Positions 37,440 to 47,526 are shown, counted from the first letter of the stretch. The stretch is 64,000 nucleotides of DNA from an uncultured Anaerolineales bacterium (GCA_964514285.1 CAZEQC010000002.1:18165-82164); one strand, 5' to 3'. Numbers and translations are program-made. The notes: generated by a model from the sequence alone, not told the origin.

Positions 37440-37523
37440 GGGGCGGTGGCGGAATAGGAAGACGCCGGGGACTTAAAATCCTCTGTCCGAGAGGACGTGT
37501 GGGTTCGAATCCCACCCGCCCTA
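37440..37523 (+). tRNA. tRNA-Leu (UAA), long variable arm
   Basis: Acceptor GGGGCGG/CCGCCCT (G1-U72), anticodon arm GGGGA-CTTAAAA-TCCTC, variable arm GTCC-GAGA-GGAC, T arm GTGGG-TTCGAAT-CCCAC. Confidence 0.9.
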
Positions 37524-37569
37524 TTCTGAACCATTATCGACTATCCGATTATGTTGGAGGTAAGGCATC

Positions 37570-38052
37570 GTGAAGATCATCTTGAAACAAGACGTGCCCA
37601 ACTTGGGAAAAGAAGGTGATATCGAAGAGGTTGCAGACGGCTATGCCCGCAACTACCTGATTCCCCAGAGGCTGGCGGTGAAGGCGACTCCTGGTGCTCT
37701 GAAGGACTTCGAGCATCGTCAGAAGGTACAAGCAAAGAAGCACGAGAGAATGAAGAAGCGTGCTGAGGCGATGGCTCGACGCTTGACGGCACAGACGCTG
37801 ACCTTCGAGGTCAAGGTTGGTGAGACAGGGCAGCTTTACGGCTCGATCACCAACGCCGACATCGCCGAAGCGCTGGAAGAGGAAATTGGCGAGGAGATAG
37901 ACAGGCGCGATATCCCCCTTCCCGATCCGATTCGAGAGGTGGGAGAACATTTCGTGCCGGTACATCTCACGGAGGACGTAGAGCCTCAGGTCAGGGTGGT
38001 GGTGAAACCAGAAAGCGGTGAGTGGCCTGCGGACGTCGAACCTGTCGAATAG
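37570..38052 (+). CDS. rplI: 50S ribosomal protein L9
   Basis: MKIILKQDVPNLGKEGDIEEVADGYARNYLIP N-terminus. GGAGG RBS, GTG start. Confidence 0.92.
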   Translation: MKIILKQDVPNLGKEGDIEEVADGYARNYLIPQRLAVKATPGALKDFEHRQKVQAKKHERMKKRAEAMARRLTAQTLTFEVKVGETGQLYGSITNADIAEALEEEIGEEIDRRDIPLPDPIREVGEHFVPVHLTEDVEPQVRVVVKPESGEWPADVEPVE

Positions 38053-38112
38053 GACGCAGCCCAACATCGGACCCTGCCGGAGACAGACAGGCCCCAGTGT
38101 CGTTCTGAGGAC

Positions 38113-38952
38113 TTGACGGTGGATAGACTTGGCCGAAGGCTGCGTGAGGCACGCGAGGCTAGGGGGAGCTCGCTCGAAGAAGCAGAGGCTGCCACCCGCA
38201 TACGTGCTCACTTCCTGGAACTGCTGGAGGCTGGCGACTTTGCCGCATTCCGTGGCGGCGATGTGCAAGTGCGAGGTTTCTTGCGCATCTACGCTCGTTA
38301 CCTCGATCTGTCGCCAGAGGAGGTGCTGGGTCGCTACAGCGCAGAGGTTCACGGTACAGAAAATCTATCGGCTTCTGAACAGGCTCCAGAGGAGGTTCAT
38401 TCACCCACCAACGAGCCCGTCACCGATTTGACCGAGATCCGTTTCCGGCCTCGTGACATCCCGGTGACCTCGTCACTCCCCCGCTGGATGAGCGTGAGGA
38501 CGGTGATGATCGTAGGGCTCGTTCTCACCATCCTGCTCGGCATTCTGGCCGTCGTGACGTACGTTATGAATCAGCCTGAGGATGAGCAACTACTCGCCCC
38601 GACGCTAACGACGACGCCCACGAGCATCTCGCAGACGGCAACAGCAACGGTAGTTCCGGACCAATCGACGCCAACCTCTCTGGTCAGCGCGGACGGCCGA
38701 GTGACGCTAGCCCTAGAGGCTACCGAGCACGTACAGGTGCGCGTCAAGCGAGGCACCAACGTTGTGTTTGAGCAGATGATGGTGCCGAGCCAGACTGAGA
38801 CTTGGACTGATGAAGAGATGATCGTGGTCGAGACGGGCAACGGCGCCGCACTACAGGTCACGGTCAATGGAGCAGAGCTAGGACCCATGGGGGAGCGAGG
38901 CGAGCTCTGCAGCCGAGCATGGGGCCCGAGCGGCGAGGTCGCGCCGCCCTAG
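38113..38952 (+). CDS. RodZ-like protein (HTH domain, TM helix, C-terminal DUF4115)
   Basis: N-terminal HTH_25-like LREAREARGSSLEEAEAATRIR, a central TM helix, and a C-terminal beta domain. Confidence 0.68.
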   Translation: MTVDRLGRRLREAREARGSSLEEAEAATRIRAHFLELLEAGDFAAFRGGDVQVRGFLRIYARYLDLSPEEVLGRYSAEVHGTENLSASEQAPEEVHSPTNEPVTDLTEIRFRPRDIPVTSSLPRWMSVRTVMIVGLVLTILLGILAVVTYVMNQPEDEQLLAPTLTTTPTSISQTATATVVPDQSTPTSLVSADGRVTLALEATEHVQVRVKRGTNVVFEQMMVPSQTETWTDEEMIVVETGNGAALQVTVNGAELGPMGERGELCSRAWGPSGEVAPP

Positions 38953-38973
38953 CTCGACACGAGAAAGACTGTC

Positions 38974-40344
38974 TTGAAAAGCTTCTACCTCATATCGCTG
39001 GGCTGTCCAAAGAACCTGGTGGACAGCGAAGGCATCGCTACACTGCTCCGACGTGCTGGCTACGAATCGGCCGCCGTTCCCGGAGAAGCGGATCTTCTGA
39101 TTGTCAACACCTGTGGGTTCATCGAACCAGCGCGGGAGGAGTCTCGTGCTGTGCTACGAGACCTGGCGGCATCCAAGCGTCCAGGACAACGAGTTATCGC
39201 CGCTGGATGCTACTCGCAGCGCTGTCCAAGTGAACTGGCGGACGACGTGCCGAGCATTGATGGCCTGATTGGCACGCGCCGTTGGATGGACATCCTCGAT
39301 CTGGTCGAGCAACTAGAAAGCCACGAGAGGCGGCCTCCCTCCCCTCAGCCGGTCTACCACCTGCCAGAGGCACCAACCGTAGGTCAGGATACGCGCGGGG
39401 TGATCCGCGCAGCAGCGCAGGGAGCCAGCGCCTATCTGAAACTAGCCGATGGCTGTCGTCGCTCCTGCGCGTTCTGTGCGATCCCGCTCATCAAGGGCCC
39501 TGCTGTGAGCCGACCGCCAGAGGACGTCTTGAGCGATGCCAGACGGCTTGTCGATCTAGGTCTCCAGGAACTGATCCTCATCGCGCAGGATACCACCGAT
39601 TATGGCCACGACCTGGACGTGGTGCACGGCGTGGATGAAGAGCATCCCTTGGCAAGCCTTCTAGAGCGACTGGTCGCGACGGTGCCCGAGGTGCCCTGGA
39701 TCCGCCTGATGTACGCCTATCCAGGACGGATCACTGAGCACCTTATCGCGACGATGGCCCGTCACCCTCAGATCCTGCCCTACGTCGACCTGCCCCTGCA
39801 GCATGCGGATCCGGAGGTGCTACGCCGAATGCGACGGCCGGCGAACGTGGATCGGGTGCGAGGCACGATCGAAAAGCTGCGGAAGGCTATGCCTGAGATT
39901 GCCATTCGGACCACCTTCCTGGTCGGGTTCCCCGGTGAGACCGAAGAGGCTTTCGAGACACTGCTTGACTTCGTGGAGGAGATGCGATTTGATCACGTAG
40001 GCGTCTTCACCTACTCTGAGGAAGAGGGGACCCTGGCCGCCGGGCTGGAAGACGACGTGCCGACCGAGGTCAAAGAAGACCGCCGGGAGCGACTCATGGC
40101 CGTTCAACAGCCTATCTCCCTGGAGAAGAACCAAGAGCTGGTGGGGGAGACGCTCGACGTGCTGGTCGAAGGGCAAGACGAAGGGCTGAGCGTCGGGCGT
40201 TCCTATCGCGACGCGCCCGAGGTCGACGGCCTGGTGTTGGTACAGCAAGAGCTTCCGATCGGAGAGCTCCTGCCTGTGCGCGTCGTCGCCGCGCTGACCC
40301 ACGATCTGATCGCGGAGAGCGCCTCCCCATTCGAAGACCGGTAG
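38974..40344 (+). CDS. rimO: Ribosomal protein S12 methylthiotransferase
   Basis: SLGCPKNLVDSE N-terminus, radical SAM CRRSCAFC, C-terminal TRAM domain. Confidence 0.9.
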   Translation: MKSFYLISLGCPKNLVDSEGIATLLRRAGYESAAVPGEADLLIVNTCGFIEPAREESRAVLRDLAASKRPGQRVIAAGCYSQRCPSELADDVPSIDGLIGTRRWMDILDLVEQLESHERRPPSPQPVYHLPEAPTVGQDTRGVIRAAAQGASAYLKLADGCRRSCAFCAIPLIKGPAVSRPPEDVLSDARRLVDLGLQELILIAQDTTDYGHDLDVVHGVDEEHPLASLLERLVATVPEVPWIRLMYAYPGRITEHLIATMARHPQILPYVDLPLQHADPEVLRRMRRPANVDRVRGTIEKLRKAMPEIAIRTTFLVGFPGETEEAFETLLDFVEEMRFDHVGVFTYSEEEGTLAAGLEDDVPTEVKEDRRERLMAVQQPISLEKNQELVGETLDVLVEGQDEGLSVGRSYRDAPEVDGLVLVQQELPIGELLPVRVVAALTHDLIAESASPFEDR

Positions 40345-40359
40345 GCCTCCACCCCCAGG

Positions 40360-41664
40360 CTAGATGTAGTTCAGCTCCTTGGCCTCGTGCTTCAACTCGT
40401 CGCGGAACTCCGGGGCCGCGATGTTGATCAACGCCTTAGCTCGCTCACGGATGGTCTTGCCGTAGAGATCGGCCACGCCATACTCAGTTACAACGTAGTG
40501 AACGTGGTAGCGGCTCGTCACCACACCTGCACCGCGTTTCAGCATAGGCACGATGCGACTAATGCCCTTCCCCTTGACCGTCGACGGGAGCGCGATGATG
40601 GGCACGCCACCGTCGGAGCGGGATGCCCCATAGATGAAATCTAGCTGTCCTCCCACTCCGCTGTAGAGCTTGGGGCCAATGGAATCGGCACAAACCTGCC
40701 CCGTCAGATCGACCTCAATGGCCGAGTTGATAGCCACCTGCCGGTCATTCTGAGCGATAACAAAGGGATCGTTGACATACTCGGTGCGGTGAAGTTCGAT
40801 GAGCGGATTGTCGTGCGCCCATTCATAGAGCCGATGGGTGCCGATCATAAAGCCAGCCGTGATCTTACCAGGATGGAGCGTCTTCCGGGCGTTGGTTAGC
40901 ACGCCAGAATCGACCAAATCGATCACACTGTCTGAGAATAGCTCGGTGTGGACCCCCAGGTCGCGCTTGTCGTTCAGGAACTTGAGCACGGCATCGGGTA
41001 TGGCCCCAATGCCCATCTGCATCGTCGCACCGTCTGGTATCAGCTCGGCGATGTGCTTTCCAATCTTGATGTGGATGTCGGAGAGCCCTCCCTCAGTCAT
41101 TGGTAACTCGAGGAGGGGATAGTCCACCGGCACGATGTAGTCGAGGCGACTGACGTGAATGAAAGAATCTCCCAAACAACGAGGCATCGTCTCATTGACC
41201 TCGGCGATGATGATATCAGCCGACTCAGCAGGCGATTTCGTCAACCCAGTCTCAATGCCATAGGAACAGAAGCCGTGTTCGTCCGGGGGTGAAAGATGGA
41301 CGAACGCCACGTCCAGGGGCAATATGTTGTTCTTGAAAAGCAGCGTGAACTCTGAGAGAAGAACAGGGGTAAAATCTGCCCTGCCCTCCTGCACTGCCTT
41401 GCGCACGTTGGGGCCAATGAAGAGGGAATTGGCACGAATGTGGCCCTCCATCTCCGGGGCGACGTAATCGCCCGACCCGAGCGTCAGAGCATGGCAGATC
41501 TCAATGTCGTGCAAGGCTGGCGCGTGGTCGACCAGCGCCTCCATAAGTTTCTGCGGCACGCTGCAGTTACCGGTGAGGAAAATACGATCCCCTGATTCAA
41601 CAGCCTCGGCTATGGCCTCGTCAGCCGTGGCGACCCGACTCTCGTAGGTCTTCATCCAACTCAT
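40360..41664 (-). CDS. Acetyl-CoA hydrolase/transferase family protein (4-hydroxybutyrate CoA-transferase-like)
   Basis: 434 aa with family-typical GIGAIPDAV and SGVGGQLDF motifs. Confidence 0.85.
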   Translation of the reverse strand: MSWMKTYESRVATADEAIAEAVESGDRIFLTGNCSVPQKLMEALVDHAPALHDIEICHALTLGSGDYVAPEMEGHIRANSLFIGPNVRKAVQEGRADFTPVLLSEFTLLFKNNILPLDVAFVHLSPPDEHGFCSYGIETGLTKSPAESADIIIAEVNETMPRCLGDSFIHVSRLDYIVPVDYPLLELPMTEGGLSDIHIKIGKHIAELIPDGATMQMGIGAIPDAVLKFLNDKRDLGVHTELFSDSVIDLVDSGVLTNARKTLHPGKITAGFMIGTHRLYEWAHDNPLIELHRTEYVNDPFVIAQNDRQVAINSAIEVDLTGQVCADSIGPKLYSGVGGQLDFIYGASRSDGGVPIIALPSTVKGKGISRIVPMLKRGAGVVTSRYHVHYVVTEYGVADLYGKTIRERAKALINIAAPEFRDELKHEAKELNYI

Positions 41665-42767
41665 GATTCCCCCCCCTCGCCGGCGTAATAAGCCGCCGCC
41701 AAGCTCTCATTGACAATCTCGCCATCCCGCATCACAATGCCAGGGATGAGGCTCGGCATCTCCTTGACGGCCTGCTGCAGACCACCCTTGGCGATGCGAC
41801 GGATGTAGGGCCAGATAGCGTTGTTGAACGCGTGGGTCGCTGTGCGCGGGACAGCGCCCGGCACATTGGGAACACAGAAGTGAACGACACCCTCCTCGGT
41901 GTAGACAGGATCGCGGAGCGTGGTGGGACGACTCGTCTCCACACATCCACCCTGATCGATGCTGAAGTCCAGGATGACAGCGCCTTTCTTCATAGATTGC
42001 ACCATATCTCGGGTGACGACGACAGGCGCCCGAACGCCCGGCACGAGGATCGCTCCGACGAGAACCTCAACGAAGCGAGCTACACGCGCAATATTGAACG
42101 GGTAGGAGACCATCGTCGTAACACATCCATCGAACTGCTCGTCGATATCACGGAGCTTCTCTTGATCCCGATCCAGCACGTGGACCCGAGCGCCGAGTCC
42201 TAAGAAGGTACGAGTTGCATTGGTGCCCAGCACTCCGGCCCCCAAGATGGCAACGCTGGCAGCCGGTATACCGGGTACGCCGCTGAGGAGCACGCCACGA
42301 CCCCCGTAGCTATTCTGTAGGAAAGTGGCCGCCAGCTGGGGTGCCATCCGCCCAGCCACTTCGCTCATTGTGCGGAGCACCGGGAGCGTCTTATCCTCCT
42401 CCTCAATGGTCTCATAGGCAATAGCCGTAATCTTCTGCTCCAGCATAGCCTCGACCTTATCGCGCCGAGCAGCGGCCAAGTGCAAGAACCCGGCGATGAT
42501 CTGGCCCTCACGGAACCAATCCAGCTCTTCATCGGTAGGGCGCACTGCCTTGAGCACCAGATCAGAGCGACCGTAAACCTCCTCGCCGGAGTATACGATG
42601 TGTCCGCCAACCCGTTCGTAATGATAGTCTGTGAAACCGGCTGCTAGCCCAGCCTCCGTCTCGACGTAACAGATATGTCCAGCACGGGTCAACAGATCCA
42701 CCCCGTAGGGGGTCAACCCCACCCGCTGCTCCAGGTCTCTTCGCTCCTTAGGGATACCGATGTTCAT
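41661..42767 (-). CDS. ald: Alanine dehydrogenase-family NAD-dependent dehydrogenase
   Basis: MNIGIPKERRDLEQRVGLTP N-terminus, ILGAGVLG Rossmann motif. 4-nt overlap with the downstream CoA-transferase. Confidence 0.75.
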   Translation of the reverse strand: MNIGIPKERRDLEQRVGLTPYGVDLLTRAGHICYVETEAGLAAGFTDYHYERVGGHIVYSGEEVYGRSDLVLKAVRPTDEELDWFREGQIIAGFLHLAAARRDKVEAMLEQKITAIAYETIEEEDKTLPVLRTMSEVAGRMAPQLAATFLQNSYGGRGVLLSGVPGIPAASVAILGAGVLGTNATRTFLGLGARVHVLDRDQEKLRDIDEQFDGCVTTMVSYPFNIARVARFVEVLVGAILVPGVRAPVVVTRDMVQSMKKGAVILDFSIDQGGCVETSRPTTLRDPVYTEEGVVHFCVPNVPGAVPRTATHAFNNAIWPYIRRIAKGGLQQAVKEMPSLIPGIVMRDGEIVNESLAAAYYAGEGGES

Positions 42768-42924
42768 ATCACTTTTCCTCCTGTCAGCTCACGATTCAAC
42801 AGCGCAGCTTCTACAAGGGGTAGCACATTTAGCAGACGTCTGGAGTATATCACTTCTACGATTAATGGTCAATCCTCCCTTCTAGACAAAGATATGGGAG
42901 CCCGTCGCGAGGTTTCAAGAGACC

Positions 42925-42953
42925 TTGCGCCGAGCGGACAATCAGGGTATAGT
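42925..42953 (+). promoter_or_regulatory. Promoter of the small Cys-rich gene
   Basis: TTGCGC, 17-nt spacer, TATAGT. About 65 nt upstream of ATG 43021. Confidence 0.55.
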
Positions 42954-43020
42954 AGGCCAAGCTTGCACTGGCTACTAAGATAGCGTGGTACGCTCACAAT
43001 CTGTCCAAGGAGAGGTCGAT

Positions 43021-43194
43021 ATGACGAACTGTCACGAGATGAAGAGGGGCCAAGTCTACGTCTGTGAAGGCTGCGGGCTTGAGCTTAAGGTTATCAGCGA
43101 ATGTGAGGAATGCGGCACAGACCCTGAGTCCTGTGACTGCCCACCCTGCCAGTTCATCTGCTGCGGTGAGCCGTTGAAGCTTAAGGAAGCGTAG
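43021..43194 (+). CDS. 57-aa Cys-rich desulforedoxin-like metalloprotein with a Cys-rich insert
   Basis: AAGGAGAGG RBS. GQVYVCEGCG...KV...ICCGEPLKLK parallels the desulforedoxin Fe(Cys)4 fold (VYKCELCG...VCCGEDM). An extra CEECGTDPESCDCPPC segment is present; 10 Cys in total. Confidence 0.6.
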   Translation: MTNCHEMKRGQVYVCEGCGLELKVISECEECGTDPESCDCPPCQFICCGEPLKLKEA

Positions 43195-43211
43195 ACTAAC
43201 CCACGAGAGCA

Positions 43212-43243
43212 AGAGGGGGCGATGCCATGGCATCGCCCCCTCT
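43212..43243. terminator. Bidirectional hairpin between convergent genes
   Basis: Perfect 32-nt palindrome AGAGGGGGCGATGCCATGGCATCGCCCCCTCT (14-bp stem). No clear U-tract. Confidence 0.55.
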
Positions 43244-43265
43244 GACGTCTTGAGACTCTCCCTGA

Positions 43266-43532
43266 TTACGTCGATCTCTGCTCCTCCGCTAGGGTCCATA
43301 TTCGCCCATTCCCCTCCTCTGGCGAACCCCTTCCGGCAGCGCACATATCTGACATAGGACACGTCGAACACTTTTCTGAGCACTGAGAAGCCACGTGCTT
43401 CACGTAGCCCATACGTGCCAAATCCTCCAGCATCGTCTCAACCAGCTCTGGAGTCGTACCAAGCTCCTGAGCCAGATCAACTATGCGGCGTGTTCCTCCC
43501 TCACGTAGGAGGTCCAGCAGCTCATTCAACAT
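43266..43532 (-). CDS. feoC: FeoC-like winged-helix protein with C-terminal Cys cluster
   Basis: MLNELLDLLREGGTRRIVDLAQELGTTPELVETMLEDLARMGYV followed by CSEKCSTCPMSDMC. ATG 43532 preferred (AGGAGG upstream) over 43571. Confidence 0.65.
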   Translation of the reverse strand: MLNELLDLLREGGTRRIVDLAQELGTTPELVETMLEDLARMGYVKHVASQCSEKCSTCPMSDMCAAGRGSPEEGNGRIWTLAEEQRST

Positions 43533-44718
43533 ACTCTCTATGATCCTCCTGGTCTTGGTCCTCCAGGGCATCGCGCCGAATGGTCCAATGAGCCAAGAGG
43601 CTAGCGATGAGCCCCGTGATCGGGACTGCCAGCACCAAACCGGCGCTGCCCACCAGGGTCCGAACGATCTCTTCGGCTATAGGTTCCCGATTGAGTCGAC
43701 GAAGGAGAGGTTCTTGATAGATGGTAAAGGCTAACATAAGAGGCATAGCCCCGCCTACATACGCCAGGAGCAACGTGTTGACCATAGCCGCAATGTGATC
43801 CGTCCCAATGTTGAGGCTGCTACGGAACAGATCGAGCCAACTCAGGGCGCGGTTGGCCTTGATCAACTCAAGGACTGCCGATGCCTGACCAACGCAGATG
43901 TCGTCCAACACGCCAAGAGAACCGATGATGATACCGCCCAGCACCAATCCGCGCAGGTCTATATCAGAGCCAAACTCGATTACCAGGAAGGCACTCTCCT
44001 CCACCCCCATGCCGGACAAGCGCGTCCATCCCACAAACAGCCATGCCAGACCTCCGGTCAGCGCCAAGCTGACGACCATACCCGCGACCGCCGCGTGAGC
44101 TTTGACGTTCACACCATAGGTAAGGTATGTGGAGACGGAAAGCATGACGATAGCCCCAACGATACTTACGCCCACAGGGTTCCTTCCAGCCATGATCTGA
44201 GGGAGGATAAAACCGAAAATCACGGCCAGGCTGACGAACGAGCCTCCAAGCGATCGCAAGCCTTTCCATCGCCCGACGACAATCACGAGCGCGATGAAGA
44301 GCGCAAAGACTGCAATGAGCGGGCCGAAGCGCATGACGTCAGAGATATAGAAACGATCCTCCTCCGGACCGACCGCCCGCTCCAAGAAGACACGATCGCC
44401 CGGTTTGAAAAGCCGGTCCTGGCTGATGATGTTCGCCGTCCCCTCCTCGACGACGATCTCCCGACCAGCCATAGAACCTCCCTCAATACGGACCACCAAT
44501 CGCTGGTAGGGGCGTGACGTGCCTTCATCCAGCTCGATGACGCCCTCCTCCAAGACCTCCACGACACGGGCTGGCATAGTTTCCGTCTCACCAGGCTCAA
44601 GGGTGTCTTCCGAAGGCGTGGACGACTGCTCGACGCGAGGTCCAACCACTACGATAGCTGCAGCCAGCAGCACCAGGGCGGTCAAGCCGACGATAAGCAA
44701 CCACTCTAGTTTACGCAC
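43522..44718 (-). CDS. YibE/F-family membrane protein
   Basis: N-terminal TM helix plus extracytoplasmic domain, then about 6 TM helices with YibE/F-like sequence. Confidence 0.72.
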   Translation of the reverse strand: MRKLEWLLIVGLTALVLLAAAIVVVGPRVEQSSTPSEDTLEPGETETMPARVVEVLEEGVIELDEGTSRPYQRLVVRIEGGSMAGREIVVEEGTANIISQDRLFKPGDRVFLERAVGPEEDRFYISDVMRFGPLIAVFALFIALVIVVGRWKGLRSLGGSFVSLAVIFGFILPQIMAGRNPVGVSIVGAIVMLSVSTYLTYGVNVKAHAAVAGMVVSLALTGGLAWLFVGWTRLSGMGVEESAFLVIEFGSDIDLRGLVLGGIIIGSLGVLDDICVGQASAVLELIKANRALSWLDLFRSSLNIGTDHIAAMVNTLLLAYVGGAMPLMLAFTIYQEPLLRRLNREPIAEEIVRTLVGSAGLVLAVPITGLIASLLAHWTIRRDALEDQDQEDHREYVE

Positions 44719-44741
44719 TTGATTCTCTACTCAGCCAGTGT

Positions 44742-46787
44742 CTACAAGCCCAGGAGGCGTGCAATCCAGTAGACCGCAGCTCCAGCTGTCAGCGAGACAA
44801 TCAGGAGGAATGCCAGATCGAAGAGGGTCCACTTCCACGAATCCGTCTCCTGCCGAATAACGGCAACCGTCGCCACGCACGGCACGAAGAGCATCTGCAC
44901 GGTCAAGAAAGCCAACGCAGTCGAAGCTGGGAACGTCTTCGCCAGCTGCTGTGCCAGCCCCGTGTTCTCACCGGTGCCAAACAGGACGCCCAGCGTAGCA
45001 ATGGAGTTCTCCTTGGCGATGAAACTCGCCAACAAGGCGACGGTCAGCCGCCAGTCGAGGCCCATCAGCCGGCCCACGGGCTCGAGAAGGTACCCAATGC
45101 GAGCAAGATAGCTCGTCTCAATCTCTCCAGCAGGCAATGTCGAAAGCGCCCAGATGACCACGGAAACGCCCAGAATCAGCGTGCCGGCCTTACGCACAAA
45201 GGACAGACTGCGCTGCCAAACTCGCATACCGATGGTCCGCCAATTGGGTAAGTGATAGATTGGCAACTCCATAATGAACGCAGCCCGTTCACCATGGAAA
45301 ATCGTCTTGTTGATAAGGACCCCGGAAAAGGCGAGCACCATCAAAGCCAGGAGAATCATCCCCCAAGACACAAAAGTAGCTGCAGAGCCGAAGAAAGCCG
45401 GCGCCAAAAAAGCGATGACAGTCATTCGAGCCGTGCACGGGACCAGGGGAGCCAGGAGGACGGTGAGTAGACGCGCCCGCTTCGACTCGATGACCCGAGT
45501 GCCCAGAACAGCAGGCACATTGCATCCGAATCCGAGGAAGAGAGGCAGGAAGGATTTCCCATGGAGGCCCATAAGGTGCATGAAGCGATCCATAACGTAC
45601 GCAGCGCGGGCCAGATACCCCACGTCCTCCAAGACTCCCATCACAGCGAAGAAGATAATCAGGATGGGAAGGAAGGTGAGCATAGCGCCAACGCCACCAA
45701 CAATCCCGTCGGCCACAAGATCGATGATCCAAGACGGTGCGCCAGTCAAGAGAAGACGAGTAAGACGCGCCAAGGAACCCACCACATACGTGTCCAGCAG
45801 TCCCTGAAGTGGCGCGCCCACTGTGTAGGTCAGCCCGAACGCCAGACCGAGGATCCCGGCCATAATAACGAGGCCCCAGAACGGATGTGTGGCCCAACGA
45901 TCCAGTCTCTCGGTAAAGCCGATGGCCCCCGTCGTCGGTCGAGTGAGTGCGGCACGGATCATGCGTCCGATCCAGTTGTAGCGACCGCTGGCGACGGCTA
46001 CCAGCGCATCGTCATGCTCACGCAACAAGCTGTGCAGTGTCTCTTGACGATCCTCGGGAAGACACCTGTCCATCATCTGAGTCATCTCTTGGTCGCCCTC
46101 CAAGAGCTTCAGCGCCATCCAGTCCTGAGGGTAGGGAGCGGGGACGCATCCATCAATGACCTCTTCTACCTCTTGCAGAACTTGGCGATGATCCTCGCGG
46201 ATAAGGGGGTAGTTGGGATCATAGGCGACATCTCCTCGCGCTACTTGCTCAATTGTCGCCAAGAGATCCTCTACACCCTCATTTCGAGTAGCCGTCATCG
46301 GGACGACAGGAGCCCCCAGGGCCGCCTCAAGGACTTGAGGTTCAATGTGGACACCTTCTTTCTCCGCGACGTCCATCATGTTGAGTGCCACAATCACGGG
46401 TGCAGGTAGAGGCAGGAGCTCAGCGACCAGATAGAGACTCCGCTCAAGGATGGCGGCATCCACCAGGGCCACGACCACGTCCGGTTGTTCCCGGATGATG
46501 AACTCGCGAGTGATGACCTCCTCCGCGGAGTTAGCGGTCAGGCTGTAGGTACCGGGCAGGTCAACCAGCCGGTACGTCAGGCCTTCATAGGTGAACGTGC
46601 CCTCTTTCCGCTCGACCGTCTTACCTGGCCAATTGCCAACGTGCTGATTAAGCCCCGTAAGCAGGTTGAACAGGGTGGACTTGCCTACATTGGGCTGACC
46701 AGCGAGCGCCACGAGGACGGTTTTCTCCTCCGACTCCACACTGGCAGAGCTCACCGCGCCAAGGGACGTAGCTCGTCGAAGATTCAT
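44742..46787 (-). CDS. feoB: Ferrous iron transport protein B
   Basis: G-domain GQPNVGKSTLFN, DLPGTYSL, NMMD, followed by a polytopic permease domain. Confidence 0.92.
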   Translation of the reverse strand: MNLRRATSLGAVSSASVESEEKTVLVALAGQPNVGKSTLFNLLTGLNQHVGNWPGKTVERKEGTFTYEGLTYRLVDLPGTYSLTANSAEEVITREFIIREQPDVVVALVDAAILERSLYLVAELLPLPAPVIVALNMMDVAEKEGVHIEPQVLEAALGAPVVPMTATRNEGVEDLLATIEQVARGDVAYDPNYPLIREDHRQVLQEVEEVIDGCVPAPYPQDWMALKLLEGDQEMTQMMDRCLPEDRQETLHSLLREHDDALVAVASGRYNWIGRMIRAALTRPTTGAIGFTERLDRWATHPFWGLVIMAGILGLAFGLTYTVGAPLQGLLDTYVVGSLARLTRLLLTGAPSWIIDLVADGIVGGVGAMLTFLPILIIFFAVMGVLEDVGYLARAAYVMDRFMHLMGLHGKSFLPLFLGFGCNVPAVLGTRVIESKRARLLTVLLAPLVPCTARMTVIAFLAPAFFGSAATFVSWGMILLALMVLAFSGVLINKTIFHGERAAFIMELPIYHLPNWRTIGMRVWQRSLSFVRKAGTLILGVSVVIWALSTLPAGEIETSYLARIGYLLEPVGRLMGLDWRLTVALLASFIAKENSIATLGVLFGTGENTGLAQQLAKTFPASTALAFLTVQMLFVPCVATVAVIRQETDSWKWTLFDLAFLLIVSLTAGAAVYWIARLLGL

Positions 46788-47068
46788 TCCGGTCTCTTAC
46801 GCACGTAGACCCGCCTAGCTTCACCTCGCCCCAGAGCGATTCTTGCGTCACGCACCCGTGCGATGAGCGGACCTCGTCCATAATTCTGAACGACCTTGAC
46901 ATCGGCCCCGGGGGTGAAGCCTAAGGCCGTCATGCGACTCAACATACAGCGCCCGCCGGCCAACTTAACGACCTCACCGTGCTCGCCGGCACGAAGGGCA
47001 CTTAATGATACAACTGATTTGTTCGATCCAGGCGATGATGCCCAGAGTCTCCCTGACTTGATTCCCAT
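46784..47068 (-). CDS. feoA: FeoA-family protein
   Basis: SH3-like FeoA sequence LRAGEHGEVVKL...LGFTPGADVKVV. 4-nt overlap with feoB. Confidence 0.8.
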   Translation of the reverse strand: MGIKSGRLWASSPGSNKSVVSLSALRAGEHGEVVKLAGGRCMLSRMTALGFTPGADVKVVQNYGRGPLIARVRDARIALGRGEARRVYVRKRPE

Positions 47069-47526
47069 TACCTATCCTTACAATGGTTGGAATGCTTGCA
47101 GTGCTTGCAGTAACCTGTCAAGTGGAGATGAGCTTTCGTCACCTCCACACCTTCTCGCTGGCAAAACTCACGCGTGATCCGGGTGACCAAAGGAGCGTCG
47201 AACTCGATCACTTTGCCACACTGGCGGCACGTAAAATGGTAGTGAGGCTCCTCTTGCACAGCTTCGTAGTGACTATGCCCCTCACCCAGGCGATGCTCCT
47301 CAACCAGCCCCATCTCCTTGAGTAAGGTCAGCGTCCGATAGACAGTCGCCAAGCTAAGGCCGGGGGAACGCATCTTTGCCTGGTCATGGACGGCCTCGGC
47401 ATCGAGGTGCTCATCGCTTTTTCTCAAGACGTCCAAGATCAGTCGGCGTTGCGACGTCAGACGTCGACCGGCCTCTCGGAATAGGTCCCGAAGCTTCTCG
47501 CGCCGCCTGTCTATCGGCTCGATCAT
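47068..47526 (-). CDS. fur: Fur-family transcriptional repressor
   Basis: TSQRRLILDVL, ATVYRTL, HHHF.C..CG and C-terminal CxxC motifs. Confidence 0.88.
   Translation of the reverse strand: MIEPIDRRREKLRDLFREAGRRLTSQRRLILDVLRKSDEHLDAEAVHDQAKMRSPGLSLATVYRTLTLLKEMGLVEEHRLGEGHSHYEAVQEEPHYHFTCRQCGKVIEFDAPLVTRITREFCQREGVEVTKAHLHLTGYCKHCKHSNHCKDR

Noticed and set aside
37317-37523. The tRNA-Cys/tRNA-Leu pair as an integration hotspot for a genomic island.
   Set aside because: There is no integrase, no direct repeat of a tRNA 3' end, and only housekeeping genes (ppa, rplI, rimO) on both sides.
42985-43020. The longer 69-aa form of the Cys-rich ORF starting at 42985.
   Set aside because: The strong AAGGAGAGG RBS lies inside that extension, directly upstream of ATG 43021, and the predicted transcript starts near 42960.
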